Positions 23,847 to 38,347 of a stretch of 64,000 nucleotides of DNA are shown here, one piece after another. The stretch is taken from assembly GCF_006345805.1 (NCBI RefSeq), contig NC_043002.1:6386001-6450000 (forward strand), given 5' to 3'. The notes below the pieces were generated by a model. The model made no database searches, had not been told where the DNA came from, and was given only the letters and a program-made list of their open reading frames with translations. Positions within the stretch are counted from its first letter, which is position 1, and the number at the start of each line of letters is the position of its first letter. The position numbers and the translations under genes are program-made. The DNA comes from Octopus sinensis. Its lineage: Eukaryota.

Positions 23847-24258
23847 GGGATCTTTTCGGTTTGAACGGCAGTTTTTTCTAGCGATGTCATATGAAATTAT
23901 CACCCATAATTATGACCCTAGTATCGATCTATTGCATTACAATCTGTTTTAGGGTTAGGGGTGGGGGAAGGGTATCTTTTTTTCTTCAGAAATGTAAATA
24001 AACCCAATCTGTTTCTTAAACGAGGGACATATTCATACGACACAGAATGTTTTCACCTCAATAGACGTCATTGATTGGTTGAAATTGCAGAAATTGAAGA
24101 AAAAAACAACAAATATCTTACAATCTTTAGAATTTTCTCAATAAAGCCAAGAGAAAAAGATGTTTTATAAACATATCCTACCAGTATACGAAGTTTGAAA
24201 GTGTTTAGTTACGTGGATATTATTTTTTAAAAACTGCCGGTCAAACCGAAAAAATCCT
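23847..24258. mobile_element. MITE, 412 bp, ~30-bp TIRs, apparent 6-bp TSD
   Basis: Left GGGATCTTTTCGGTTTGAACGGCAGTTTTT, right AAAAACTGCCGGTCAAACCGAAAAAATCCT; ATAAAT on both flanks. Confidence 0.85.
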
Positions 24259-24833
24259 ATAAATGATATTACTTCGTGCAGCAAAGTAATCTAGTTCTCC
24301 TATATCTAAATATACTTATTTCCTATCCTCTGTTTTATCTTCACCCCACGTTATTTTAGTTTCACTTTTCACCCTTTTGAACTAGATTTGACTCAATTAG
24401 ATATTATAAGTATAAAACCTTTCCTAACTCGATGTTTTGTCTCGTACCTCTTATGCTATATTGCTCTAGTAATTGTTTTCTCCTTTAAAATGAACATTAA
24501 GCACCAGTTCAATTACCCTCTACGATAAACTGTATCTATGTCCTCGCCATCAAAGTAAATTCACTTTGCAAAACTCATGTTAAATAAACTTAACATCAAC
24601 ATTTTAAATAGCGTTAACAAGATGCTAATTTGCGGCCTACCTGTCAGCACATGGTTAGATATACGAATATATGTCATTGTATGTATACTTGTGTGGGTGT
24701 GTATGTGTGCTTGTGATGCTTTTATAACTGTACAAACATGCTGTGCGTAGATGTTCAGAAATACATATGTAAATATTGTATGCCTGTGCGCAGGCGTATA
24801 TATTTACTCTTACTTATGTGCACCAAAATATGT

Positions 24834-25000
24834 ACAAGGGGCGCCGAAAAGATCCTGGCTTTAAGAGTAACAGAAAGGCACCTCACTGATGATGCATAAA
24901 TTTTACAATCAAAATTAAAACTCTGATAATAACCTCTACACAAAATCACATAACGTACACTAACATTCTTCCGTCTTGAAAATGATTCAATAAAAGTCTA
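24834..25000 (+). mobile_element. Mariner-type MITE remnant (left end only)
   Basis: TACAAGGGGCGCCGAAAAGATCCTGGCTTT resembles the TIR of 32138-32356. Confidence 0.5.
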
Positions 25001-25249
25001 TAAATGTTCAATATAGATTTTGGATCCTTATTAGTTCAAACAAACTGCAATGAACTCATATGAAAATATAGAATAAAAGATTTGACAAAACAGATAAAAC
25101 TAGAACTCAGTAGATGGTTAAAAGTATAGTTGGCTTCTCACATATTTCGAGCCAGGTTAAGTCATTATAAAGTAATGAATCCAGCTTGAATGGGGCAAGA
25201 ATATCCACTACATTGACAATATCGGAGCAGCCAACACCACTAGATATAC

Positions 25250-25462
25250 TGATTTCAAATTTGGCACAAGGCCGGCAATTTCGGGGAGTAGGTAAGTTGA
25301 TTACATCGACCTCAGAACTCATCTGTTACTTATTCTATCGATCCTGAAAGGATGAAAGGCAAAGTCGACTTCGGCGGCATTTGAACTCCGAACGTAAAGA
25401 CGGATGAAATGCCGCTAAGCATTATGCCCGGAGTTCTAACGATTTTGCTAGTTCGCCGCCAT
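25250..25462 (-). mobile_element. SINE family C, older tail variant
   Basis: Family C head and central domain with tail reading GGCACAAGGCCGGCAATTTCGGGG on the + strand. Confidence 0.85.
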
Positions 25463-26570
25463 AGAACCCCAGATATTCTGAAAGGAGTATCCACAATTCC
25501 TCCAGCATTGTTCACAAACGTTACCTTTGTATTGTGTTTTCTGAAGCAATGCACCACATTGTCTCAGGATGTCCCTTATAAGCTCTAGCAAAGTAGAATT
25601 GAATATGACACCATGTTGTAACAAAGACATTCTACATACTCATAAACTTTCCTTCAAAGAAAAGCTCCACTTGTGTTAGGAAAGGACAATGGAGTAATAT
25701 TGTGGAACTTTAGTTTGGAGACAGATTTAGGAAACCACAAAATAATCCAACATCGTTTTCCAAGTCAAAAAGTACAGCCGTGTATTATTTACCGGCGTTG
25801 CGATACGAAATCACCACAATGTTGCGTAGACGTTAGCTGAAAACTAAGAAACTATAGCGACTTAACTAATAAACTAAAAGCGTTATGGTACTTTGGTACT
25901 TAAAGAATGTGAAATCGGTACAAGTGGCGTAATGCACAACCACCACCGTGAAGAAATTCTTGGACAAAGATAGACATAGGCACATTCCAGAAAATAGGAA
26001 TACTAGGTTCTGAAAATACTGTTAGGGTGTTCTCACATAGCATTTGTTAACCCCGAACATTTTTATGTGTGTTTTCTAAGATGTCCCTAATTATTTTAGA
26101 AGGAAGCCTTGATGTATATCTCAAAACATGAATAATAAGAATAACAATAACAAAAATGATGTTAATAGCATTACGTGTATTGATAATAGGGCTGATGTTG
26201 ATGTTGATGATGGGGGGTTGATGAAGATGATGAAGTGGAATATACAAAGTAAATTGAAAATATAAATTGGAAACTCGTACAAAAAAGAGACTAAGAAAAA
26301 ACTATAAAAAAACTATAGCAAAAAACAACCATAACAAAAAAGTTCCAAAGAGAAAAACATATAAAAAGAGGGAGAGAACATGCTATTATTATTGTTACTA
26401 ATAGCATAATTACTGTGATGACAACAAAAACAAAGGAAAAACGAACAATTGTGGTTGTTGTTATTATTGTTATTTATACCATTATAACTGTTGTGGTTTA
26501 TTGTTCTTACGCGTTTTGTCTATTTTTGCCTTTTCTGACTTTTCTCTTCTCTCTTTCACTCCATCTCTTT

Positions 26571-26624
<54 letters not shown>

Positions 26625-26953
26625 TCACACACAAACCACACACTGTACGTAAGTATGTCCGTATAATGAAAAATAGGTTTTGGCAACAAGTTATTAGGGA
26701 AGAGTGTTAACAGAATTAACAACAGTGAGCGCTGGCGTCATAACAAGCGATGCACAGGGCACCAATCTTTACGTCAAACATATTTATCCTTGGTGAAACA
26801 CTTCATTTGTCTTTCTGTATATTTCTCTGGCTCCAAAACAATAAAAGAGCAAAAAAGAATGTCCCTCAACAAAATAAATGAATATATATGTGTATACATA
26901 CATGTACATATATATGTATATATACATGTCTATATATACATGTATATATATAA

Positions 26954-26993
<40 letters not shown>

Positions 26994-27097
26994 ATATATA
27001 TATATATACATACATGTGTATATAAATGTATATATATATACACATGTGTATAAATAAATTATATATTTAATATATATATATGCATACATACATGTAT

Positions 27098-27136
<39 letters not shown>

Positions 27137-27214
27137 GTGTGTTTTATGTGTGTATGTTATTATATGTGTGTATATAAATATATGCGTTTGCGCGCGCGCA
27201 TATATATATACATG

Positions 27215-27259
<45 letters not shown>

Positions 27260-27504
27260 TATATATATATTATATATATGTACATATATCAGTAAATGCT
27301 TACAATTAGCTCAGCTTTCTTTTTCTTCTCTTTTCCTCCCCACACATTTTCGACGTCTCATCAACGCACACAGATCACTCACATTATACACACCCTTACG
27401 AAACACTGGCATACAGAGATAGATATACGCGCACAGACACGCACACTCATTTATATATAGAAACAGAGATGTGCGCGTGTGTAATTACATAGATGCATAC
27501 ATTC

Positions 27505-27535
<31 letters not shown>

Positions 27536-28485
27536 GAGGGAATGATGGTGAGGAGAGTAAATGATACAGACGCGCATTCATAAATAAGTATAAGATTAAA
27601 TACATACATATATATATACATACATACATACATACATACATACATACATACATACATACATACATACATACATTCATACATACATATATATATAGGTAGA
27701 TAAGGGTATATATGCATGTGTGAGTATGTATATATATATATATATACAATATATACACACATGCATATATACCCTTATCTATTGTTTTGTCTCCCATGTC
27801 GTCAAGTAATAATTTTATTTACTTTTCTTCTTTATATTTCGTTTTCCGATACTCTTCTTCATGTTGTTAGAATTGCTAACAAACATACATACATACATGA
27901 TTATAAACGTGCATATGTGTGTGTATGCATGTGTGTATACATATCTACATTCAATTTTGGGCGAGAATGACTTTAAACACTTCGAAGACAAAACAGTGAC
28001 CAAAGCTTACAGGAAATGTCAAGGAATAAAAAGCGAATTGGTCTCTGTGTGCATCATTCTTACAGACTGTGTGGCTTGTCACCGAAATATTGATAATTAG
28101 AATGCTAATTCTAGTGATTGTAATAAATCGGTTGTGAGAGCAATCCAAAATGTGTGTGTGTCTGCGTGTGCGTATGTATGGGTGTGTTTGAGTCCGTGTG
28201 TGTGTTCTAAAAATCTGAAAAACACATTTATATTAGATGGCAAAACTTAGGCGTATGACACCAAACGTTAATGCATTAGATATGAGGAAAGATGAATCTG
28301 AAAAATCTGAACAACATTAGGCCAGTCTTAATCACGAAAGAGATAAGTATATATATATGAAATTGAAAAAAAGAAACTTATACATACTTAAAATGGATGA
28401 ATATATGCGTGTGTGTGTGTGTGTGCGTGCGTGTGTGTGCATGTTGGTATACATATATGAATATGTGTATATGTATATATATATG

Positions 28486-28530
<45 letters not shown>

Positions 28531-28689
28531 TTGTGTGTGTGTATGCATGTATGTATATGAGTTAATATATATAGTTATATCTACGTCTACCTATATATAT
28601 ATAGTTATATCTACGTCTACCTTATATTATATTATATATAATATTATATATATATATATATTATATATATTAATATATATCTTTCTATC

Positions 28690-28835
28690 CTTTTAAATAC
28701 ACATACATACACATACATACATAACACACACACACACACACACACACTAACACACCACACACATACATACATACATACTACATACATACATACATACACA
28801 ACCACACCACACACATACCACATACATACATACAT

Positions 28836-28874
<39 letters not shown>

Positions 28875-28951
28875 CATACATACATACACACACACCACAA
28901 CATACATACATACATACATCATACACCCCACACACACATACATACATACAT

Positions 28952-28986
<35 letters not shown>

Positions 28987-28987
28987 T

Positions 28988-29020
<33 letters not shown>

Positions 29021-29593
29021 TCATACATAATACATACATACATACTCATACATACACACACACACACACCATACATACATACAGCCTACACACACACACA
29101 CACACACATAACATCCATACTACATACATACATACATACATACACACCACACCCACATAATACATACAACACCACACATACATACATACATACATACATA
29201 CCTACATACACACCAAACACACATACAGACATACATACATACATACATACATACATACACACCACACACACACCTACATACATACATACATCATACATAC
29301 ATACATTAATACATACACACACACACACACATACACATCATACTACATACATTACATACATACATCATACATACACACCACACACCACACACACATACAT
29401 ACATACATACATACTACATACATACACACACACCACACTACCTACATACTACATACATACATACATCATACATACATCACACACACACACACACATACAT
29501 ACATACATACATACATACATACATACATACTACATACACACACACACACACACACATACATACATACATACCATACATACATACATACATACA

Positions 29594-29629
<36 letters not shown>

Positions 29630-29660
29630 TATGCATATATATATATATGTACATGTACAT
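28690..29660. repeat. ~1-kb compound (CA)n/(CATA)n microsatellite
   Basis: Direct reading; irregular unit breaks may be partly sequencing noise. Confidence 0.95.
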
Positions 29661-30223
29661 ATATAAACATACTAATTAATATTTATGTATATACATATAC
29701 ACAATTAAGAGAATATTTGGGTGTGTGTATGAGTGTATTTGCATGCGCTGTACATAGGCATTGGTGTTCTGTATATGTATATTTGGGAGGTTTGTGTGTT
29801 TTATATGCATGTTGATGAGTTTTTGCGAATGTACATAACTAAAACTCAAGATACACTATTTGGAACCTTGTTTTGACATTTGACAAAGTACAAATCAAAA
29901 GAAGTAAAGAGGTTTTTTTTTTTAAAAAAAGAACTAGGGTGATGGGGGAGGGAATGCTGGAGAAAAGAACGAAGCTAGAATTTACAAATAACGGATATGG
30001 TAGCACAAATGATGTATAGGCATGTGTCATGCGTGATAGGGTCGAAATTTATATACGCGAAAGAAGACACGCAAACAAGGAGTTACGTACACACGGAGAC
30101 GTAAACAATGTCTAGCAAAAAGACAGGCAGGCAAACACAAATTTTTGCGATATATATATATATGTATAATAGGTTATTCACTCCCTCTCGTTTTCTCTCA
30201 CACACACACACACAGACACATAC

Positions 30224-30275
<52 letters not shown>

Positions 30276-30414
30276 ACACACATGAAATTATGTATATACG
30301 AAAGGTAGTATATCACCTAAAACGAGCCGTTGATCAACAGTTTCGAACTCAAAAATGAGAAAAAACAACGCGATACGTTTAGAATGTGCAACACCCACCA
30401 CACACATACACACG

Positions 30415-30486
<72 letters not shown>

Positions 30487-30728
30487 GACAAGCATGTTTC
30501 TTATGAACGACATCTTACACGTTATAGTGCTTGCCACTTTTTAACATATTTCCCTAGATATGTGAAATTGCGGATAAAGTGTGATATTTTCACTATGAAA
30601 GAAAAACAATGAACTTACTCAACAATTTTATAATTCTGAAGAGCCATTTTACTTGTAACATGTAAGATATAAACTCTTAACACACACACACACATACACA
30701 CACAGACACACACACACACTCACTCACT

Positions 30729-30772
<44 letters not shown>

Positions 30773-30782
30773 ATATATATAA

Positions 30783-31430
30783 AATACAAAATGGGACAAG
30801 AACGCAAAACAGCTGGACAGTTAGGTGATACAAAAAGGGACAACAAAACATCCAGATAGACAATACAAAGAAAACAAGGATGGGTCATTCGAAGTTTTCT
30901 ATCCTCAGTCAAGCACAAGATTATCCTCGCAATTTCGGCTGATTATTTTTGAGATTGCTCCAATCTGACCAGCTCCAAAGAATAACTAAGCTAATACCAT
31001 TAGATTCCTTGGAAGAAAGCAGCGAATGTATACAAAACGAAGAACGGAAAAAATGGACAGAGATACACAAATAAAAATGCAATAATAAATACAATAAAAA
31101 TAACAGGACATAGCAACAGGTGTCTTTCGACTAAGGACAAATTGAATTAAGTTGGCGCTTGTGAAAATGAAGTCTTACGGCAGTGATATAAACATTTCAC
31201 AAACACAGGGAAGAAGAATATTGATGTTGCACGGACGGCGGTCAGACCAAGAAAGAAAGAACAGGCTAGGCTGACCAGCGGTCACGTGGGAAGAGAAGAA
31301 AGAGAAGTAGAAGTGGAAGGACAGAAGAATTAAAGAGGGGCGAGAAAAAAGGACAGGGACACAGGGAAGTGAAAAGTGGAGAGAAAGTGAGTAAGCAGAG
31401 AAGGCAAAGAAATATGAGAGAGGTGCAACG
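30783..31430. mobile_element. Family E repeat, longest copy, with purine-rich extension
   Basis: 30783-31080 matches 1820-2075, then continues in sequence absent from the other copies; ends at (TA)n next to family F. Confidence 0.7.
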
Positions 31431-31450
31431 AAATATATATATATATATAT

Positions 31451-31896
31451 AAGTTCAGCAAAATTTAGATTCCGTTGAATATGGTACTTAAGTCAACGGC
31501 ATCAGAATTTTGTATGGTATTATCCATATAAATCCATGAGGTGATTATAATCAAAATATGCAACAAGTATATCCGAGGAAATGTGGTAAATCGTTCCATG
31601 CTACTTCATTTTATTAAACACTGTATGTACAGTCAGAGAGTAAATTTAATACTATCATGTTCTTAAGAATGAAATCAACTTCTCTGTTTGTATATTTACC
31701 CACTTTATAATGTTGGCAAATGAAATAGGGATAATAATGTGCATTGTCCGTTTGATTGGGAAATTTCTATAAGTGGCTGAAGATTGCTCGACATTTTAAA
31801 ACTGATGTAATGCTTACAGTGTTTAATAAAATGAAGTAGCATGAAATGATTGTACCACATTACCTCGGATATACTTGTTGCTTATTTTGACTATAA
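31451..31896. mobile_element. Family F fold-back repeat, second copy
   Basis: Same leader. Inverted arms 31544-31625 and 31815-31896 around a ~190-bp spacer. Confidence 0.75.
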
Positions 31897-31930
31897 TATA
31901 TATATAATATATATATATATTATATATATA

Positions 31931-31969
<39 letters not shown>

Positions 31970-32137
31970 CTGATTCGGAAGCCTACTACAGATCCCTAGC
32001 TCCAGCCTCAGCTGTGGATTTGGAACCTAACGAATTATAGCACTTTCGCAGCATACCTGTTGGTTTAGGTCATATGTGAACTAAGCCCCTCATATTCTAT
32101 ATATGTATATGTATGTGTGTATGTGTGTATATATGTA

Positions 32138-32356
32138 CGATGTGGTGCAGAAAATTTCCTGGCTTTGGGTAAAAGAAAATACAGGAGGAACAGTTAATTA
32201 TGATTTTATTCAACGTGTTACCTTCCCAGATTCACACACTTATTGCAGCGGACCACCAGTTTTTCCAAGTCCGATAAAAGAGCTAGGAATTTGAGACCTT
32301 CAGCCAGGTCTTTCGTGATACCGTTAACCACCCAGGAACTTTTCAACACACCCTCG
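32138..32356. mobile_element. Mariner-type MITE with TA TSD
   Basis: TA|CGATGTGGTGCAGAAAATTTCCTGG ... CCAGGAACTTTTCAACACACCCTCG|TA. Confidence 0.8.
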
Positions 32357-32357
32357 T

Positions 32358-32390
<33 letters not shown>

Positions 32391-32446
32391 ATATATATAT
32401 ATATATAATATATATATATATATAATATATACATATATAATATATA

Positions 32447-32690
32447 TCCAGGTCATCCCATAAGTTCTTTCCGATCTACCTTTTTTAAAAAATTGAATGA
32501 AATTTAATAGTATTTTAGAATGTCTAATGGAATTAGAAATTATTTTTATGCATTTGTCTACAAACTAATTAAATATTATTTTACAGAATAATATAATTTA
32601 AAGTACATTGATGATTAAATTTCAATTAAATATAACATTTAATCACTCGTTTTCTTTATTCAAAATTCGGACAGAACTGTGGCTTTCCAT
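32447..32690. mobile_element. Degenerate mariner-type MITE
   Basis: Left GGTCATCCCATAAGTTCTTTCCGA and right TCGGACAGAACTGTGG are partly complementary; AT-rich interior. Confidence 0.45.
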
Positions 32691-32721
32691 CTATTATTAT
32701 TATTTTTTTCTTATATATATG

Positions 32722-32758
<37 letters not shown>

Positions 32759-33959
32759 CTGTGTGTGTGTGTGTGTGCGTGCGTGCGTTTGAGTGTGTGT
32801 GTGTGTGTGTGTGTGCGTGTGTGTGTATAAACATATATAAACAAAAACTTGTATAAACTCCAGTGCTTGGTTTGACTGAGATTTTACAAACGTAAATAAT
32901 TAGTTGTAAACGAAACACCAAATATTTAAAAGAAAAAGTGCATAGCCACTGAGAAAACCAAGGAGTGGTGTAGCGAAACACCTATGCAGGGGCATGCACA
33001 AACGTCTACTGTTTTAGAAAAAGAGAGGTGGAATAGCAGCAGCCGATGAGTGTGTTTATAAGCTTATCAATTATATAAATATAACAATAAATATGTATAC
33101 GTGTATGTTTGTGTGGGTTGGTGTGGTTGTAACTCAATTTTGAGTTGTCATGGCTTGATTGTTCTTTAAATCATTAGGATTTAAACTGGTCATATTTGGC
33201 CGAAATATTCGATCTGTTCTGTTGTGTATACATGCATGCATGTATAGGCACACACATACACACACACACACGCTGACCCACACACATGCGCACAAAGAAA
33301 CAAAAGGGAACGCAGTGTAAATAACGGACAGAGTCAAAACTATTGAAAAGGTTGCAAGACGCATCGAAAATTTTAGGAAAATAAAAATAAGAAAAAAGTG
33401 AAAATTTTACCGGCGAGTGTGTTAAATTGTAAGGCACAAAAAGAAAATGACTCTCCCCAAACACAACAGAATATGCTTCAACACACGAACTCATATAAAG
33501 AACCTTGCAAGCCAAATCCCAAAAACGAAATATTCGGTCTGTTTTATGTTGAAATTGGCCAGGTATTGTCTCTCACACCTACCCTACAATTTTATTTTAA
33601 AAATCTACAAACACATATTCGAAATTTCGAAGCTATGAGATGAAACATGATTAACGCAAAACAATATGGATAAATAAGTATTACTTTCGACATAGTAATC
33701 TGAATGCTAAAGGATTAAACATAAGTGTCACAGATTAAGCTTTTCACTCCTGCTGGGGTTTGACACTCCTTTGCTGACATATTGCAATGAGGGGTGCTTC
33801 TCGAAGCAGCTGTTTGGAGACTTACCTACCACGAAGACACATGGTTTCATCCTGATTTTGAAATTTTCAGCCACCGTATTAATTGTGTGTGTCTGTGAGT
33901 GTGTGTGTGTGTGTGTAATATATATGGTAGGGAACAGTTTATAGTTTGTATACTCAGGT

Positions 33960-34192
33960 GCGGCGAGCTGGCAGAACCGTTAGCACGCCGGGCGAAATGC
34001 GTAGCCGTATTTCGACTGCCGTTACGTTCCTCCGAGTTCAAATTCCGCCGAGGTCGACTTTGCCTTTCATCCTTTCGGGGTCGATAAATTAAGTACCAGT
34101 TTCGCACTGGGGTCGATGGAATCGACTTAATCCCTTTGTCTGTCCTTGTTTTTCCCCTCTATTTTTAGCCCCTTGTGGGTAATAAAGAAATA
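33960..34192 (+). mobile_element. SINE family C, full length with 14-bp TSD
   Basis: TSD TATACTCA(G/A)GTGCG at 33949-33962 and 34193-34206. Confidence 0.93.
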
Positions 34193-34819
34193 TATACTCA
34201 AGTGCGCAGCTACCAAGTACAAGATGTTGATAAGCCGAACTCATTCTAGTATTCTGACTGTAGCCATTTATCGTTACTTACATGTGTTGCATTCTTCTCT
34301 GTAATCTTGAATATGTCAAGGTCATAGAAAGCTTGATAACCTCCTACATTTCTCTCATTATATCGGATTATAAATCTACAAGCTACAGAAACAAGAACTC
34401 AGAAATAAGTTGAGTAAGACACGAGTTGTCTATTGAGAAGATGCATAGCCCGGTGACTATGTGAGTTTGAGCACTGATCTGAAGGCTGTGTTATTTCTTT
34501 GGGTAAGGTCCAGGCCACTCGGCAACGAAAAGTGGTTATTAAGACTAAAACAGCACCCGGTCAGCATCAAGTTAACAGGATAGCGTTAACAAGAAGTCAA
34601 ATATATTACTATAAATCTTCTAGCATGAAGTAGGATACATCTAGCTGTGTACTGATATATATGGTCTTGCCCACTGAATATCTAGAGGGCTTCAGTGTCT
34701 ACATCTTATCTTAAATATTTGTTACTTCTTTCAGTTATAATGAGAGCTTTACAGAAAGTAAAATGAACTTTCAAATTATTGAATTATTTTCTTGTTATTT
34801 CAACGTTGCTCTCGCTGCT

Positions 34820-35187
34820 TGTTTGTTTGTTTGTTTGTTTGTTGAGCGTTTGGGAGAAGTCCGAAGCGAGGTCCTTTGCTATCCGTAAGACCCGCAGAAA
34901 AGAAAGCAGGTCAACCCCCGACACCGAGCTCATCGACGGATGGATGAATGAGCATCCAGGCTCAGCGGTTGCGTAGGAAGTCGGGGACAAGAAACATGAA
35001 GAAAGAGTGAGAGAAAATCGGAGCGAAAGAGTACAACAAGGGTCGCCACCACTCCCTGCCGGAGCCTCGTGAACTCTTAGGTATTTTTGCTCAATAAACA
35101 CACACAACGCCCGGTCTGGGAATCGAAACCGCGATCCTCCGACCGCGTAGTCCGCTGCCATAACCACTGGGCCATTGCGCCTCCACT
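34820..35187 (-). mobile_element. SINE family A, tail type 2, with (AAAC)n terminus
   Basis: Homologous to 4865 and 37699. Confidence 0.9.
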
Positions 35188-35559
35188 GCCGTCGCTGCTT
35201 TTTGTTGTTGTTGTTGTTAAGCAACAAGACGGGTAAGGGTGATGAGGTGATGGTCTAGGGCTTAGGGGCGGGAGATCCCCGACCTTGGGAAAAAATAACT
35301 TTGGTCGTCTTGTAGTCGAGGGCTCTTCGTTGACGTCCGACGCCACTGGGAGGTGGCCATCGAAGTCACTGGAAATGAAGATCTCCAGGTCCAAATGCTT
35401 GGACGGCTGCTGTCTCTGCTGTTATTGTTTTCAGTGCGAGCATCTTCATCACAATTTTGTCCTCTACCTCTTCATTATAATCATCCTCATCCGCATTTTT
35501 TTCTTTTTTATTCTCCTCATTCTTCGTTTGTTCATGTTGTCGATGTTATTCTTGTTATT

Positions 35560-35583
35560 TCTTTTCCTCCTCCTTCTTCATCA

Positions 35584-35614
<31 letters not shown>

Positions 35615-36028
35615 AAGCCACCACCACTTCTTCTTCTTCCTCTTGTTCTTGTTCTTGTTCTTCTTGTTCTTCTTGTTCTTGTTGTTGTTCTTCTTCTTAT
35701 ACCTCTTCTTCTTCCTCTTCTTCTTCCTCATATTCTTCTTCCTCTTCTTTTTCTTCTTCTTCCTCCTCTTCCTCTACTTCCTCCTCTTCCTCTTCCTCCC
35801 TTCCCCTTCCTCTTCTTCCCCTTCTTCCCCTTCTTCCCCTTCTTCCTCTTCTTCCCCTTCTTCCTCTTCTTCCTCTTCTTCTTCCTCTTCTTCTTCTTCC
35901 TCTTCTTCTTCTTCTTCCTCTTCTTCTTCTTACCTCTTCTTCTTCTTCTTCCTCTTCTTCTTCTTCTTCCTCCTCTTCTTCCTCCACCTCCTCTTCTTCT
36001 TCCACTTCCTCTTCCTCCCCTTCCCCTT

Positions 36029-36060
<32 letters not shown>

Positions 36061-36230
36061 CTCTTTCTTGTCTAATTTTCCTTCTCAGCCTCTCTCTTTC
36101 GATCACTTTCCTTTTCTTCCTTTGTCAATCACACCACCACAATCACCGTCGCCACCGCCTCCGCTACCCGGCAGCCATTTGCCTTATTTTCTTTCCCTCT
36201 TTCCTTCTTTTATTCCATCTTTCTTAACAT
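35560..36230. repeat. Pyrimidine-rich (TCT)/(TCC)n low-complexity tract
   Basis: Direct reading; the overlapping poly-L/S/F ORFs are artefacts. Confidence 0.95.
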
Positions 36231-36448
36231 TAAGGCAAAAAAAAAATATATTGTTTACTTCTTTTTGCTGAAATTATTTGTTTATTTTTCTTCAACTTTA
36301 CAACCAGCAATAAAAAAAAATAATAAATGCCAAAAGGTAAATAACATAAGTAAGCATTTGGACATATATTTATTGATATAAACTTCTAAAAATTTTCTGA
36401 ACTAAAAAATGAAAAAAAAAAGTAGTAGTAGTAATAGTAGTAGTAGTA

Positions 36449-36513
<65 letters not shown>

Positions 36514-37077
36514 AATTAAATAATAAATAAATATAATCAACAACCTATATATAATAAATGATTTTTTAAAAAAAAGGGGAGGAAAATTTAATATTTTCAT
36601 ATCAAAGAAATGTTATTCTCCTATTGATATTTCTTTAATAATATCTGACATATAGTTTGTCGGTTTGTTTTATTTTAGTATTTTTTTTTACTTATTTATG
36701 TTTTGCTTTTTTACTTTATTTATCTATTTATTTATTTATTTATTGGCAAGCTGACAATTTCAAAAACCCACACAAGACATGAGACAAGATTTCTCTATTT
36801 CTCCTAAAATTCTAACACCAGCCGTCTCACAAGTCGATACACACACACACACACACACAAATATATATATAGACACACACATATATACATATACATATAA
36901 GTATATATACACAAACACATATACGTTATATAATTTCTTTTTCTTATTTCATATATTAGTTTCAAGTTGCTTTTAGGTTGTTTTTTTTTACTGAAGAAAA
37001 TTTGGGGAAAAATTCAATTAATTTTCTTCCTCACAAACGTTAGATTTTTAAAAAATCATAGAGTGGAATATGGAGGA

Positions 37078-37133
<56 letters not shown>

Positions 37134-37208
37134 GAATACTAGAGACGGAGAGTGAGAGTCAAAAATGAGAAACAGTAAGAAAGATTGCGATATAAACATA
37201 GTGAGTAA

Positions 37209-37265
<57 letters not shown>

Positions 37266-37698
37266 ACGGAGAAAGAGAGAGAGAGAGATCGACAGAGTGA
37301 TACTGAGAAGACAGGAGATGGGTCGAGGGAAAACCTCATAAGTCTTCATATCACCTAGTCGTTTTTATATATTCGTAGTTATTTGAATTATTTGATTTAG
37401 GAGCACGTATATTGTTTTTGCGCCCAATGTAGATTGTGATGTACTTACACTCACCAATATAAGCTAGTGAAGAACCATCTACGTGGCTACACTTCTTGCT
37501 AGAATTAACAGTGAAATTTGCCTCAAATTTCACCCTATTTAAAAGAAAGGACACATTGGAGATCATAGCTCCTGGTATACGTTTAAGTGAGAAAGTCATG
37601 GTGGGAACGCCTGTTGAGTGAGAACTGTGGAGGCACTAAAGAACAACAACGCGGTTAAATTCTTGTTATTGTTGCTTTTGTTACTGCAGCTGCTGTTT

Positions 37699-38075
37699 TG
37701 TTTGTTTGTTTGTTGAGCGAAGCGGTCTTCGCCCCAGATGTAGTGGGAGAAGTCCGAAACGTGGTCCTTTGCTATTCGTAAGACCCGCAGAAGAGAAAGC
37801 AGGTCAACCCCCGACACCGAGAGCATCGACGGATGGATGAATGCGCATCCAGGCTCAATGGTTGCGTAGGAAGTCGGGGACAAGAAACAGGAAGAAAGAA
37901 TGAGAGAAAGTTGGAGCGAAAGAGTACAACAGGGGTCGCCCCCCTCCCCTGCCGGAGCCTCGTGGACCTTTAGGTGATTTCGCTCAATAAACACACACAA
38001 CGCCTGGTCTGGGAATCGAACCGCAATCCTCCGACCTCGAGTCCGCTGCCCTAGCCACTGGGCCATTGCGTCTCC
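37699..38075 (-). mobile_element. SINE family A, tail type 2, full length with 16-bp TSD
   Basis: TSD ACTGCAGCTGCTGTTT at 37683-37698 and 38076-38091; (AAAC)n tail. Confidence 0.93.
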
Positions 38076-38347
38076 ACTGCAGCTGCTGTTTAGCAACAGG
38101 TCAGCTTTGATCGAGTAGACTTATGATGAAAGGCACTCTGGTCATGGCCATTCCATATATGACCTCCATGCATGGAAACCAGGACAGCGTTATTCAATGC
38201 CGTCTTTTCTAGGATCGTGACGTGTAAGGTCAAAGACGTTTTACATTTTTTTTTTTTTTCTAAAAGACAGACTAAACAAGTAGTGGCACACTCAGTAGCG
38301 ATAAATAGAGATGATAATATCCAGAATATAAATATATTCTGGATATA

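Noticed and set aside
23949-23965. TTAGGGTTAGGG as an interstitial telomere
   Set aside because: Only two units, internal to a MITE.
26784-30918. Dozens of ORFs with YIYI, THTH, VCVC or MYVC repeats here and throughout the window
   Set aside because: They are translations of (TA)n, (CA)n and (CATA)n microsatellites, which lack stops in some frames.
31455-31515. Hammerhead-like three-way junction in the family F leader (minus: CAAAATT CTGATGC CGTTGA..TCAACG GAAT CTA AATTTTG)
   Set aside because: Two invariant core positions differ (A9, A15.1) and stem II is broken in the other copy at 661-742.
35285-36271. 328-aa and 240-aa ORFs rich in L, P, F and S
   Set aside because: Low-complexity trinucleotide tract open in several frames on both strands; no domain.
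37745-37770. GGA-GAAG-TCC GAAAC GTG in the family A2 tail, hammerhead-like 3' half
   Set aside because: Antisense to the SINE, no CUGANGA upstream, and position 17 would be G.
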